Assembly (NCBI GenBank): GCA_963721905.1
Contig: CAVRMF010000002.1
Location: 1,905 to 65,904, forward strand
Direction: 5' to 3'
Length of the DNA stretch: 64,000 bases
Origin: an uncultured Alphaproteobacteria bacterium
GTDB lineage: Bacteria > Pseudomonadota > Alphaproteobacteria > Rhizobiales > Beijerinckiaceae
The translations under genes and the position numbers were made by a program. Below the pieces are notes generated by a model, which was not told where the DNA came from, did not search any database, and worked only from the letters and a program-made list of their open reading frames with translations. Positions 31,458-42,036 of the stretch are shown here, piece by piece (within the stretch, counting starts at the first letter, position 1; each line of letters starts with the position of its first letter).

Positions 31458-32594
31458 TCAGCGCTCGCCTGTGACTTTGCGACGAATGTAGTTGTTGAAC
31501 AGAACCGCCATCAGGAGCATCGCCCCGAGGAAGACCTGGAACCAGTCGCTGTCGAACGAGGTGTAGGTCAGACCGATCGAGACGACGCCAAAAATGATGG
31601 CGCCGATGAAGGCGCCGATCGCCGAACCGTAGCCGCCGGTCAAGAGACACCCGCCAATCACCGCCGCGATGATCGCCTCGAATTCCTTTTGCACGCCGCG
31701 GCGCGCGTCGGTCGAGCCCGCGTCGAGAACCGTAAGGATCGCAACCAGTGCCGCGGCGCATGCGGTCAGCATGAAGAGGCCCGTCTTGACGCGAGTGACG
31801 GGAACGCCCGAATTGCGGGCGGCGTTCGCATCTCCGCCGGAGGCATAGATCCAGTTTCCGACCCGCGTGCGCAGGAGCACCCAGGTCGCAACAATCGCAA
31901 ATCCGATGAACCACAGGATCGACACCGGAACGCCGGACACCTTCGGGAGCCCGTTGTCGAATTTGTCGATGAGATTGTTGCTCGCCAGCCAGGAGAAGAA
32001 GCCCTGGAAGGCGACGCCGGAAAACAGGCTCTTGACCACGTCCCCCTGGACCACGTCATCGACGCCGCGCAGCTGGGTCGAGCCGCCAGTCGCAAGCTTG
32101 AGTCCGACGAGCGTGAGGCCGCGCAAGATAAACAGAAACGCCAAGGTCACGATAAACGAGGGAAGCCTCGTCTGGATGACGAGCTGTCCGTTGATGGCGC
32201 CGACTATGGCCGCGAACACCATCGTCGCGACGATGGCGACAGGAAGCGGCCAGTGCGCATTGACCAATGCGGCCGCGAACGCGAGGCCGGCGAAGGCGAT
32301 CATGGATCCGATCGAGAGATCGAACTCACCGCCGATCATCAAGAGGGCTGCGGCGATCGCCAGGATGCCGAGTTGCGAAGCGGGCGCGAGAATCGTCATC
32401 GCGCCGCTGAGCGTGAACATGGTCGGGCTGGCGGTGAAGAGGAAGAAGATGAGGACGACGATCAGCCCCGCGATCGCTCCGAGCTCCGGCCTCCGCATCG
32501 CCTCGGTCACAATCGAGGTCTTACGCAGACGTTCGTCCGCGGGCGGCACGGCGGGGGCGATGACGTCGCCCGGTGTTTTCTGCGCAGGACTCAT
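31458..32594 (-). CDS. Sugar ABC permease
   Basis: [10 protein letters not shown] and [12 protein letters not shown] motifs. Confidence 0.9.
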   Translation of the reverse strand: MSPAQKTPGDVIAPAVPPADERLRKTSIVTEAMRRPELGAIAGLIVVLIFFLFTASPTMFTLSGAMTILAPASQLGILAIAAALLMIGGEFDLSIGSMIAFAGLAFAAALVNAHWPLPVAIVATMVFAAIVGAINGQLVIQTRLPSFIVTLAFLFILRGLTLVGLKLATGGSTQLRGVDDVVQGDVVKSLFSGVAFQGFFSWLASNNLIDKFDNGLPKVSGVPVSILWFIGFAIVATWVLLRTRVGNWIYASGGDANAARNSGVPVTRVKTGLFMLTACAAALVAILTVLDAGSTDARRGVQKEFEAIIAAVIGGCLLTGGYGSAIGAFIGAIIFGVVSIGLTYTSFDSDWFQVFLGAMLLMAVLFNNYIRRKVTGER

Positions 32595-32714
32595 GGCGCG
32601 TTCATCCCTGAAATGGCTGTCGCCAGCCGATTGACCGATTCCGGGCGGGGAGGTTGCGAACGCAACATCCCCGCTCAGTTCGACATAAACGCCAAGCGGC
32701 TTAGTTTCGCCTGC

Positions 32715-33662
32715 TCAGCGAATTCCCTTCGCCGACAGCTCGACGACCTTTGCCGCCTTGTCCTTGGTGATCAGGTTGGGGCCCGAAGCGACGTTGTTGG
32801 CCGGGATCAGTCCATACTTGGCGTAGTTCGCCAGGAACACCACCGGCAGGTAACCTTGCAGGTACTGTTGCTGGTCGATGCAGAAAGCGGCTTCTCCGGC
32901 AGCGACCGCCTTCAGGAAATCGGCCGAGAGATCGAAGGTCCCGATATTGATCTTGCCGATCTTGCCGGAATCCTTGACCGCCGCGAGCGACGGCTCTCCG
33001 GCGGTGCCGGCGCCGAGAGCAAGGATTGTGTCGACGTCGGGGTTGGACTGGAGCGCCGCCTTAACCTTGGCGCGCGCTTCCGCCGGTTCGTTCGACACCG
33101 GCAGAACGGTAACCTTGCCGCCGAAGCCCTCAGTGAAGCCCTTGCAGCGCAAGTCGAGGGCGACGTTGCCGACTTCCTGGTTGACGCAAAGGGCGACCTT
33201 ACCGCCCATCTCCTTGAGTTTCTCGCCCGCCGCCTTTCCAGCAGTCTCCTCGTCCTGGCCGACGTGCAGGAGCGCGCCAAGCGACTTCGACACGTCCGAT
33301 CCTGAATTCATCGAGATCACCGGGATGCCCGCGGCGACCGCCTTCTTGATCGAAGGGCCAAGGGCCGACGCGTCCGGAATGGAAACGACGAGTCCGTCCG
33401 GTTTCTGGTTCACCGCGGCGTCGATCAATTGAGACATGGCGACCATGTCGAAGGTCTCGGGGGCGCGGTAATCGGCGGTGACGCCGGTCTCCTTGGCGGC
33501 GGCGACAACACCGTTCTTGACGACGGACCAGAAGGGATCGTTGGCCTGGCCGTGAGTGACGACGATGATGTGCGGGGTCTGGGCCGAGACCGTCGTGGCG
33601 GCGCCTCCGATGGCGGCGATCGCCGCCGCCGCGGCGATGGTGAGTTTGACGATGCCCTTCAT
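32715..33662 (-). CDS. Sugar (inositol-type) ABC substrate-binding protein
   Basis: Signal peptide; VTHGQANDPFWSVVKNG and IDQQQYLQGY motifs. Confidence 0.88.
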   Translation of the reverse strand: MKGIVKLTIAAAAAIAAIGGAATTVSAQTPHIIVVTHGQANDPFWSVVKNGVVAAAKETGVTADYRAPETFDMVAMSQLIDAAVNQKPDGLVVSIPDASALGPSIKKAVAAGIPVISMNSGSDVSKSLGALLHVGQDEETAGKAAGEKLKEMGGKVALCVNQEVGNVALDLRCKGFTEGFGGKVTVLPVSNEPAEARAKVKAALQSNPDVDTILALGAGTAGEPSLAAVKDSGKIGKINIGTFDLSADFLKAVAAGEAAFCIDQQQYLQGYLPVVFLANYAKYGLIPANNVASGPNLITKDKAAKVVELSAKGIR

Positions 33663-34025
33663 GCGGTTTCCTCCTTCACGGGCGACATTGCCCCAACCTC
33701 AAGACGCGCCACCCGTGCCGACGTGGGCGGCGCGGGTCGATATTCCGTTCCGGTGTCGTTTCCGCGCCTGCGGGCCGCGCGCAAACGCGCGCCACCCCGG
33801 CGCTTGGGCGGGCGAGGCGGACCAAGGCAGTAAGCGGCTGCGGGACATGAGATCGAGGCGCGGGGACGACGGCCTGCGGAGCCACAACTTGGGTCACGCC
33901 TCCTCCTCCCGGGTCCGCCTCATCGCATCGTTGACCGACGCCGACGCACGGAAACCTTACGTGGTTGCTCGGCCTCAGCGGCCGGAACCCGAATTTCGCC
34001 GCCGGGTTTCCGGCGACGGATGCTC

Positions 34026-34071
34026 GTGTAACAAATATTCCAAAAAAAATCAAGATCGGAATATTCATTCC
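34026..34071. promoter_or_regulatory. Two IolR-like boxes over the ABC-2 promoter
   Basis: GTAA-N6-TTCC (34028-41) and GGAA-N6-TTCC (34058-71); minus-strand TTGATT -35 lies between them. Confidence 0.65.
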
Positions 34072-34161
34072 AAAAAGAATTTTTTTGCTCGTTTTGGCCG
34101 CGGGCCGCCCGTGAAACTAGGCCCGGCTCCGGTCCCCTGCTGGATGCAAGATTTTGCAGGC

Positions 34162-35190
34162 CTAGATGTTGGTCGGAAGATGAAGCTCGAAAGGGACAAA
34201 AACAGGGCTGTGAACCGTCTCCTGCGGCGCTGCAATCGCGCCGGCCATCGCGGCGAGGGCACGCTCGGCGAGCAGCGCAGTCGGGGTCGAGATGACCGCG
34301 GTCAGGACGCCGTCGATGAGCCCGGCGCGGGATTTGGGGGTCAATTCGTTGCAGACGATCGCAAGCCCGCGGGCGTCGGGGTCGTCGCGGGCGCCGGCGA
34401 TCACGCCTTCCGTTCCGCCGCCGCAGATATAAAGGCCGACGAGGTCGCGGTGGGTTGCGATCATGTCCTGGGTCGCCGTGTAAGCGATGCGCGGATCCTC
34501 GAGATTGACGAGCGGCTCGAGCAGGGTGAACTCGGGGGCGTTTTCCCGCAAATAGGCGCGGAACGAAATCTCCGCGATCTCCTGGCAGAGAAACCGGTGG
34601 CTGCCGACGATGATGCCGACCTTTCCGGGCCCCTTTGCGGCCTTGGCGATGAGCCAGGCGGCGGTACGCCCTTCCTTGCGGTTGTCGCGGCCGATATAGG
34701 GCGCCGCGGCCTCGGCCCCGAGCTCGGTCAAGATGGCGAAGGTCGGCACGCCGCGCGCGCGTAGAGCGCCGATTGCGTCGCTGACGCGCGGGTGATCGAC
34801 AGAGACGATCGCGATCGCATGCGCGCTCTCTCCGAGCTTGAGCAGGCGCTCGGCGACGACGGCGGGCGAGAGGTCCGGCGCGAAATCGACGACCGGCTTG
34901 CCGCGGACCCTGGAGAGCGCTCGGGTCGCTGCGGCGAGGTCGGCGCCGAACTGCGCATAGAACGCGTCCGGCCGCTGCAGCAGGAATGCGAACGTCCGTT
35001 CCGGCAGCTCCGTGCGCAGGCGATTCTTGAGAAGCGCCGCGGCGTGATAGCCGATCGCCTCGGCGGCCCTGATGACGCGCTCGGCGGTCGGCTCGCGCAC
35101 GCGGTGGCGGGCGTTGAGCACCCGGTCGACGGTGGCGACGCTGACGCCGGCGGCGCGCGCGAGATCGGCGATGGTCGGACGGCGGCTCAT
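34162..35190 (-). CDS. LacI-family regulator
   Basis: PTIADLARAAGVSVATVDRVLN HTH plus a periplasmic-binding-like domain. Confidence 0.92.
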   Translation of the reverse strand: MSRRPTIADLARAAGVSVATVDRVLNARHRVREPTAERVIRAAEAIGYHAAALLKNRLRTELPERTFAFLLQRPDAFYAQFGADLAAATRALSRVRGKPVVDFAPDLSPAVVAERLLKLGESAHAIAIVSVDHPRVSDAIGALRARGVPTFAILTELGAEAAAPYIGRDNRKEGRTAAWLIAKAAKGPGKVGIIVGSHRFLCQEIAEISFRAYLRENAPEFTLLEPLVNLEDPRIAYTATQDMIATHRDLVGLYICGGGTEGVIAGARDDPDARGLAIVCNELTPKSRAGLIDGVLTAVISTPTALLAERALAAMAGAIAAPQETVHSPVFVPFELHLPTNI

Positions 35191-35360
35191 GGCCTGGCTC
35201 CGGAGGGCTTGACGCAAAATGCAATAATCGCCCGAGGCGATGATGATGGATTATGATAGAAAATGAAAGGGAGACATTGAGTTGCAGGCGGGTTGCCGGT
35301 AGCGTTCGAGTGTGCGCAGGCGCCGGCGGCCAGTCCGGCCCACATGCGAGGAGGAGACGG

Positions 35361-36440
35361 ATGTCCGCTGCCTTCGTCAGACGCGATTACAGTCTCGTTG
35401 GGCCCGAGGCCGAGAAGGCGGCCGAAGCCGGGCTCGTCTCGGCGAAATGGTACGTCCCTCCCATCTCGCGCTCGGAACTGAAGGCGTTGATGCGCCGCGA
35501 TGATCAGCCCGCGATCCGCGATACGCTGATCTGGTTCGCGGCGCTGATCGTCTCAGGCAGCCTCGGCTATGTGTTCTGGGGGAGCTGGGCGGCGGTCCCC
35601 TTCTTTCTCATTTACGGCGTGCTTTATGGCTCGGCCTCGGACAGCCGCTGGCACGAATGCGGCCACCGCACCGCATTCAAGACGCAATGGATGAACGATG
35701 CGGTCTACCAGATCGCGTGCTTCATGATTTTGCGCGAGCCCGAGATCTGGCGCTGGAGCCATACGCGCCACCACACCGACACGATCATCGTCGGCCGCGA
35801 CCCGGAGATCATTCAGCCGCGTCCGCCCAATCTCATAGCGATGGCGCTCAGCGTTTTCGCGCTCAAGCAGGGCGCCGCGGCCTTCCGCAAGCTCGTGATC
35901 CATGCCGGCGGTCGGTTGACCGACGAGGAGATGACATTCGTTCCGCAATCCGAGCGGGGCAAGGTCTACAGGGTCGCGCGGATTTGGCTTGCGCTGTTCG
36001 CCGCCGTGATCGCCGCCTGCGTCGCGACGCGGTCGATCCTGCCGGCAATGTTCGTCGGCCTCCCAACCTTCTACGGCGGCTGGCTTACCTACTATTTCGG
36101 GATCACGCAGCACTTCGGCCTAGCCGAGGACGTCACCGATCACCGCCTCAACTCGCGCACGATCTACATGAACCCGATCTTCCGGTTCATCTACTGGAAC
36201 ATGAACTATCACGTCGAGCACCACCTGTTCCCGCTGATCCCCTATCATGCGCTGCCGAAGCTGCATGAGGCGATCAAGGCTGACTGCCCGCCGCCCTATC
36301 CGAGCACCATCGCCGCCTACCGCGAGATCATCCCTGCGCTTGCGCGCCAGCTGAGCGATCCCACCTATTTCGTGCGGCGCGAGTTGCCGCGAGACGCGCG
36401 GCCGGCGCCAAGCGGCGCCGCTGCGGTTGCGAGAGCCTGA
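35361..36440 (+). CDS. mocD: MocD-like membrane di-iron oxygenase (fatty acid desaturase family)
   Basis: His boxes HECGH, HTRHH and HVEHH; adjacent Rieske ferredoxin. Confidence 0.75.
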   Translation: MSAAFVRRDYSLVGPEAEKAAEAGLVSAKWYVPPISRSELKALMRRDDQPAIRDTLIWFAALIVSGSLGYVFWGSWAAVPFFLIYGVLYGSASDSRWHECGHRTAFKTQWMNDAVYQIACFMILREPEIWRWSHTRHHTDTIIVGRDPEIIQPRPPNLIAMALSVFALKQGAAAFRKLVIHAGGRLTDEEMTFVPQSERGKVYRVARIWLALFAAVIAACVATRSILPAMFVGLPTFYGGWLTYYFGITQHFGLAEDVTDHRLNSRTIYMNPIFRFIYWNMNYHVEHHLFPLIPYHALPKLHEAIKADCPPPYPSTIAAYREIIPALARQLSDPTYFVRRELPRDARPAPSGAAAVARA

Positions 36441-36450
36441 GAGGACGCGA

Positions 36451-36768
36451 ATGAGCGAGACCTGGATCGACGCGGGGGCGGCAGACAGAATTTCGCCGGA
36501 AGACGTTGCGCCCTTCGAACATGACGGCCGCCAATATGCGATCTACCGGACCCCGGACGGGCGCTACTTCGCCACCGACGGCCTCTGCACGCACGAGCAG
36601 GTCGAACTCGCCGACGGGTTCGTCATGGGAACGATCATCGAATGCCCAATGCACAACGGTCGCTTCGACTTCACCACCGGCGAAGCCAAGGGCGCGCCCG
36701 CCTGCGTCAATCTGGAGACTTTTCCAGTGAAGGTCGAGGGTGGGCGAATCTTGTTGAAGGTCGCCTGA
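36451..36768 (+). CDS. mocE: MocE-like Rieske [2Fe-2S] ferredoxin
   Basis: CTH...CPMH Rieske ligands. Confidence 0.8.
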   Translation: MSETWIDAGAADRISPEDVAPFEHDGRQYAIYRTPDGRYFATDGLCTHEQVELADGFVMGTIIECPMHNGRFDFTTGEAKGAPACVNLETFPVKVEGGRILLKVA

Positions 36769-36776
36769 TCTGGTCC

Positions 36777-36887
36777 GTCATGGCGAACGAAGCGAAGCAA
36801 TCAAGAACCGCCGCGCATCTCTACGATCCCGCCATAGCCCGTCGAAAGACGGGCGTCTCTCTACGCCCTATGGCTCCTCGCAATGAC
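36777..36887. repeat. REP-like palindromic intergenic element
   Basis: GTCATGGCGA..GAAGCGAAGCAATC ... CTCCTCGCAATGAC, with an inner GCCCGTC-GAAA-GACGGGC hairpin. Confidence 0.65.
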
Positions 36888-37014
36888 GCGAACTGCGTCA
36901 CTTCGCGCCCCTGCGATCGCATCTCGAGTCCAGCCGCAATCCCGCTGGCGCGAACCGTCAGCCGTTGCTAAGGGCTGACGAGTTAAATTTTTAGTTTGGG
37001 AGGAGCGGGAGGCG

Positions 37015-37773
37015 ATGAAGATTTCCGGAGCGGCGGCGATCGTGACGGGCGGCGGATCGGGGTTGGGACGGGCCACGGCGGAGGCGCTGGCGGCGAAGGG
37101 CGCGCGCGTCGCGGTGCTCGACCTCAATCCGGCGGCCGCCGAGGAAGCGGCCAAAGCCCTCGGCGGCCTCCCGCTCGTCGGCGACGTCGCGGACGAGGAA
37201 TCTGCGATCACCGCGATCGCCAAGGCGGAGGCCGCGCATGGACCCGCCCGCATCCTGGTCAATTGCGCCGGCATCGGCACGGCGACTCGCGTCATCGGCC
37301 GCGACGGCCCGCACCCGCTCGCCGATTTCGAGCGGGTGATCCGCGTGAACCTCGTCGGATCGTTCAACATGATCCGGCTCGCAGCGGCCGAGATGGGCAA
37401 GCTCGAGCCGATCGAAGGCGAACGCGGGGTCATCATTTCGACCGCCTCGGTCGCGGCTTACGAGGGCCAAATCGGCCAGGCCGCGTATTCCGCTTCGAAG
37501 GGCGGGGTGGTCGCCATGACGCTGCCGATCGCGCGCGAGCTCGCGCGGATGGGCGTTCGGGTCAACGCGATCGCGCCGGGGATCTTCATGACGCCGATGC
37601 TGGCCGGCCTGCGTCAGGAAGCGCAGGATTCGCTCGGCGCCGCGGTGCCGTTCCCCGCGCGGCTCGGCCGTCCATCAGAATACGCCGCGCTTGCGGTGCA
37701 TATCGTCGAGAACGGCTATATCAACGGCGAGACGATCCGCATCGACGGCGCCTTGCGCATGGCGCCGAAATAG
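37015..37773 (+). CDS. SDR, 3-hydroxyacyl-CoA dehydrogenase type II-like
   Basis: TGGGSGLG, NCAGIG and YSASK motifs. Confidence 0.88.
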   Translation: MKISGAAAIVTGGGSGLGRATAEALAAKGARVAVLDLNPAAAEEAAKALGGLPLVGDVADEESAITAIAKAEAAHGPARILVNCAGIGTATRVIGRDGPHPLADFERVIRVNLVGSFNMIRLAAAEMGKLEPIEGERGVIISTASVAAYEGQIGQAAYSASKGGVVAMTLPIARELARMGVRVNAIAPGIFMTPMLAGLRQEAQDSLGAAVPFPARLGRPSEYAALAVHIVENGYINGETIRIDGALRMAPK

Positions 37774-37807
37774 CGCTGATTTTTGCGATCGAAATCGGGA
37801 GGAGACA

Positions 37808-38575
37808 ATGGAGGCGGCGAAACCGGGCCGGTTGGCCGGCAAGACGGCGCTGATCACCGGCGCCGCGTCCGGCATCGGCCGCGCGACGGCGAGGCTCTTT
37901 CGCGCCGAGGGGGCGAGAGTGGCGGCGACTGACCGCAATGAAGCGGGTCTTGCGGAGCTCAAACCTGACGTCGATCTCGTGCTGCCGCAGGACGTGACCG
38001 ATGAAGAGCGCTGGCGGCAGGTGGTCGACGCCGCGGTCGCCGCGTTCGGCCGGCTCGACATTCTCGTCAACAGCGCCGGCATCGGCACGAAGGGCAACGT
38101 CGAAACCGAGACGCTGGCCGACTGGCGCAGGGTTAATGCGGTCAACGTCGAGGGCACCTTCTTAGGCTGCCGCGAGGCAGTGCGCGCAATGAAAGAGACG
38201 GGCGGCGGCTCGATCGTCAACCTCTCATCCGTCGCCGGCATCATCGGCGATGCGCAAACGATCGCCTATTGCGCCAGCAAGGGCGCGGTCCGGCTCCTGA
38301 CCAAGTCGGCGGCGCTCCACTGCGGACGCAGCGGCTACAAGATCCGCGTCAACTCGGTTCACCCATCGTTCGCGGACACCGCGATGGTTCAGTCGCTGAT
38401 CGCGAGCTCGAAGAATCCGGAACGGACGCGCGAGGGCCTCGCGCGCGCCGCCCCGCTCGGGCGTCTCGGCCGCGCAGAGGAGGTCGCCGCCGCGATCCTT
38501 TATCTCGCGAGCGACGAATCGGCCTTCACCACGGGGACGGAGCTCATCGTCGACGGGGGGTTGACTGCGCAGTGA
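37808..38575 (+). CDS. SDR oxidoreductase
   Basis: TGAASGIG, NSAG and YCASK motifs. Confidence 0.88.
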   Translation: MEAAKPGRLAGKTALITGAASGIGRATARLFRAEGARVAATDRNEAGLAELKPDVDLVLPQDVTDEERWRQVVDAAVAAFGRLDILVNSAGIGTKGNVETETLADWRRVNAVNVEGTFLGCREAVRAMKETGGGSIVNLSSVAGIIGDAQTIAYCASKGAVRLLTKSAALHCGRSGYKIRVNSVHPSFADTAMVQSLIASSKNPERTREGLARAAPLGRLGRAEEVAAAILYLASDESAFTTGTELIVDGGLTAQ

Positions 38576-38632
38576 CTCCCTTCTCCCGCGAGCGGGAGAA
38601 GGTGGCAATTTCCGGGCGCGAATCTCGGGCTT

Positions 38633-39118
38633 TCAATCGCTTGGCGCGCCCTTTCCGGGCGGGCTGGCTACTGGCGCTCCCAGCGCAAGAGGGATTTGCG
38701 CCGGCATGCCGAGGCGCCGCGCCTCGGGGCGCGGATCGTGCCCGGCGGCGACGAAACCGTGATAGCGGTCGAGCTCCCGGACGATTTTGACGACGCGGTC
38801 GACAGCCTGGAGGTTGGCGCCCGACATCGCCGAGTAGGAGACGAGCAGGGCTTCATTCAATCGTCCGACCTGCACGGCGAGGAATTCAGCTGGCGGCTGC
38901 GGCATGCGCCGGGCGAGGATCTCCTGAACCAGCGCCTGCATCCGCTTCACCGTCACGCGCTCGCGCGACGCGATCTCGGCAACGGAAACGCCCGCGTTCA
39001 ACAGTGCGACGATCCCTTTTTCGCGCTCGGCTTTCTTCCGGCGCGCTGCTCTTCGCGCCGTGATCGAACGGTTGCGCGGGAGGGAGGGCGGCGAGAGCGA
39101 TTCGGGAGCGTCGGGCAT
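38633..39118 (-). CDS. Hypothetical protein with a probable HTH
   Basis: GVSVAEIASRERVTVKRMQALV helix-turn-helix pattern; GGAGG-like RBS upstream. Confidence 0.55.
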   Translation of the reverse strand: MPDAPESLSPPSLPRNRSITARRAARRKKAEREKGIVALLNAGVSVAEIASRERVTVKRMQALVQEILARRMPQPPAEFLAVQVGRLNEALLVSYSAMSGANLQAVDRVVKIVRELDRYHGFVAAGHDPRPEARRLGMPAQIPLALGAPVASPPGKGAPSD

Positions 39119-39561
39119 CTGGACCTCTGCATGGATGGGATGAGAAGAAGGATAGCGCGGTTCTGATAATCTGGAAGAAATTGTTGCGATTCCGGAAATC
39201 ATGGTTAGCGGCGCAACAGGCTCGCGCGGCAAGCGCCATCGTCATTGACGAGGATAGGGAGACGCGCCCCGCGCCGGACGCGTAACCAATCCAGCGCCCG
39301 CAACAAGCGCCTTCCGCCCAAAACCAAAGATAGCGGCGCAGACGCGATTCTCTTCGGCTCATGCGCAGCCTTGTCAAAGCCGCGCCACGGGCGCAGTTTC
39401 GGCCGCGATAAGGCTGTCAACTGGCGAACGTCGGAACAAATAATTGCCCGACTTTTCACAAGACACAGGCGGCGAAAGTGGTTGAGAAAGCGCCAAACCG
39501 GTACGTTAACATATTCAAATCGGCTATTGATAGAGTGGCAAAACTGCGACGCGTCACTCTA

Positions 39562-40508
39562 GGGCCTGTGTTCAGTTGAGGAGGATGGCGGCGCAGGCGA
39601 GTTGAACGCCAGCGAGGAAAGTCTTGGCGAGTATTGTCGTAACGAGTGGCGATGGCATTAGCGCTTGAAATGCTTGAGCGAAGTTGTAGGCTGTGAGAAG
39701 GCCAGACGCTGCGATGAGATTTGCGTTCGCAGTAGAGAGCGAAATCGCATGGCGACGGCGGTTTTTCGGTTCGATTTGGATAGGGATGACTGGTGGCGAT
39801 CGCTCGATCGTCGAGAGGCGGCAATGAAGGTGTGCGGCGTCGAGAGACGCCGGTTGGGGTCTTGGCGATCAAGGCAGCCGGGAGAGGACAGTTCGATCAG
39901 AGGTTCGGCGCAAGTGAGATCGTAGGATCATCGGCCGGCATCTCAGAAAAGCTATCACCTCGACGGGATTGCCGAGGGCATCGACGAGCGCGTGAATTTT
40001 AGTCGTCAATCCGCCGCGGGATCGGCCGATGGCTTGCGCACCGTCTTTTTTTGGGCGCCGGCGCTATGCTGGTGAGCGCGCACAATGGTGGCGTCAATCA
40101 TCATGTATTCGTTGTCGTGATCGCTGGCCAATAGCCTGAAAACCCGCTCGAAAACCCCGCTCTTGGCCCATCGGTTGAAGCGCTGATAGACGATCTTCCA
40201 GTCGCCAAAGCGCTCGGGCAGATCGCGCCAAGGGATACCGGCTCGAAACCTGAAGAGAACGGCTTCGACGAACAGGCGATTGTCCGCCGCCGTACCGCCC
40301 ACATGGCCTTCGCGGCCCGGCAGAATGTCTTTGATCCGATCAAACTGGTCGTCGCGCAATGCATATCGTCGCATCGGTCGGCCCCTCCTCAGGCCAACCA
40401 CTCATGAGTCAGAACATTTGCTGATTAGGAACATCCCTCACCGATCCAAAACACAAAGTGTTCCGCGTCCGATTCCGATCCGTTCTCGCGTCAACTGAAC
40501 ACACGCCC
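39562..40508 (-). mobile_element. IS5-family (IS427-like) element
   Basis: IRs GGGCCTGTGTTCAGTTGA and its counterpart match at 17/18; TA duplicated within the target CTCTAGAG. Confidence 0.85.
39572..40374 (-). pseudogene. IS5 transposase; orfA intact, orfB riddled with indels
   Basis: GIPWRDLPERFG and MIDATIVRAHQH motifs, A7 slippery run, then SRGGLTTKIH. Downstream remnants (CDFALYCER, AIATRYD) fall in shifting frames. Confidence 0.8.
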
Positions 40509-40769
40509 TAGAGCAACGTGGTGAAAAGGAGCGGCACCTTTCTGAAGTTAAAAGTAAGCCGGAGCCAACGGTAAATTTGGAGTTTGGTAGTGAATTATTC
40601 AACGATAATCGCGAGCGTCGTGATGCATCTCGACCAATTCGGCAACCATCTTCGACCGAAACGGACCCAAAGGAACGTTCGACTGCTGATTTGAATGAAG
40701 ATTTTCTCATTGCGGCAATGCTCGGCGATCCGCCTGCGGTACAATCCTTCATAGCCAAAGGGGTCGATA

Positions 40770-42036
40770 CTCATGAATCCCCTCATTTCGTGAAGGACTT
40801 ATGTTGGCCCTATTTCGCAGCGAAATCATGAGGATATCGAATCACCTCATGATGAGCCTGGGCCATGAACCGTCTGACCAAGCGCTTTGATTTCATTCAA
40901 AACTATCTCGACGCTCTATTTTCAGAAGACCTCCATGCGAAGCGTGTGAAGTCCCTGGCCAATGGCGCGCTCGGCGTGATGACGAGCGCATCGCTGGCGG
41001 TGTCGATCATCGGCCAGTCTCTGGCCGAAGCGCGCGGGCTGCTGAGCAAGCACGCCATCAAGCAAGTCGATCGGCTGTTGAGCAATCAAGGCATCGTCGT
41101 TTGGGATATGTTTGGGCCCTGGGTGGCGCAGATCGTTGGCCAGCGGAAGACGATCGTTGTCGCCATGGACTGGACCGACTTCGACGCCGACGATCAAACG
41201 ACGCTGGCCTTGAACCTGATCACTAACCACGGTCGGGCGACGCCTTTGCTGTGGCTGACCGTGTTGAAGGACGAACTGAAAGACAGGCGCAACGACTACG
41301 AGGACCTCTGCCTGGCCCGCTTGGCCGAGGTTCTGCCCGAGGGCGTCGCGGTGACGATTTTCGCCGATCGCGGTTTCGGCGACACCAAGCTGTTCGCCTA
41401 TCTCGAGAGGTTGGGCTTCGCCTACGTCATCCGGTTTCGCGGCAACATCCATGTCAGCGCGGCCGATGGCGAAACCCGCGCCGCCGCCGCATGGACCGGG
41501 ACGGGCGGACGAGCGCGCAAGCTGCGCGACGCCGAGGTCACGGCGGGCCGGCATCGGGTCGCAGCGGTCGTCTGTGTCAAAGCCAAGGACATGAAGGAGG
41601 CTTGGTGTCTGGCCGCCAGCAATGCCGAGGCGACCGCGCGCGAAATCATGAACTATTACGCCAAGCGCTGGACGATCGAGCCTGGCTTTCGCGACACCAA
41701 GGACCTTCGTTTCGGCATGGGCCTAAGCGTTCTTCGCATCGCCGATCCGCAACGGCGCGACAGGCTTCTTCTGCTCAACGCCTTCGCCATCGTTCTCCTG
41801 ACGCTGCTCGGCGCCGCTGGCGAAAGCCTCGGCATGGATCGCCATCTCAAGGTCAACACGGCCAAACACCGGACCCATTCGCTGTTCCGGCAGGGATGTA
41901 TGCTCTACGAGTTGATCCCCAACATGCCGGAGGTCCGCCTGCGGCCGCTCGTCGAACGGTTCAGCGAATATATCACCCAAAACAGAGCCTTGGCTCAGAC
42001 CTTCGCGGTCGTATGAAAAATGAGGGGATGGCTGAG
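40770..42036 (+). mobile_element. IS4-family element
   Basis: IRs CTCATGAATCCCCTCATTT and its counterpart match at 16/19; 8-bp TSD GGTCGATA (40762-69, 42037-44). Confidence 0.88.
40865..42016 (+). CDS. IS4-family DDE transposase
   Basis: AMDWTD, FADRGF and YAKRWTIEPGFRDTK motifs. Confidence 0.9.
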   Translation: MNRLTKRFDFIQNYLDALFSEDLHAKRVKSLANGALGVMTSASLAVSIIGQSLAEARGLLSKHAIKQVDRLLSNQGIVVWDMFGPWVAQIVGQRKTIVVAMDWTDFDADDQTTLALNLITNHGRATPLLWLTVLKDELKDRRNDYEDLCLARLAEVLPEGVAVTIFADRGFGDTKLFAYLERLGFAYVIRFRGNIHVSAADGETRAAAAWTGTGGRARKLRDAEVTAGRHRVAAVVCVKAKDMKEAWCLAASNAEATAREIMNYYAKRWTIEPGFRDTKDLRFGMGLSVLRIADPQRRDRLLLLNAFAIVLLTLLGAAGESLGMDRHLKVNTAKHRTHSLFRQGCMLYELIPNMPEVRLRPLVERFSEYITQNRALAQTFAVV

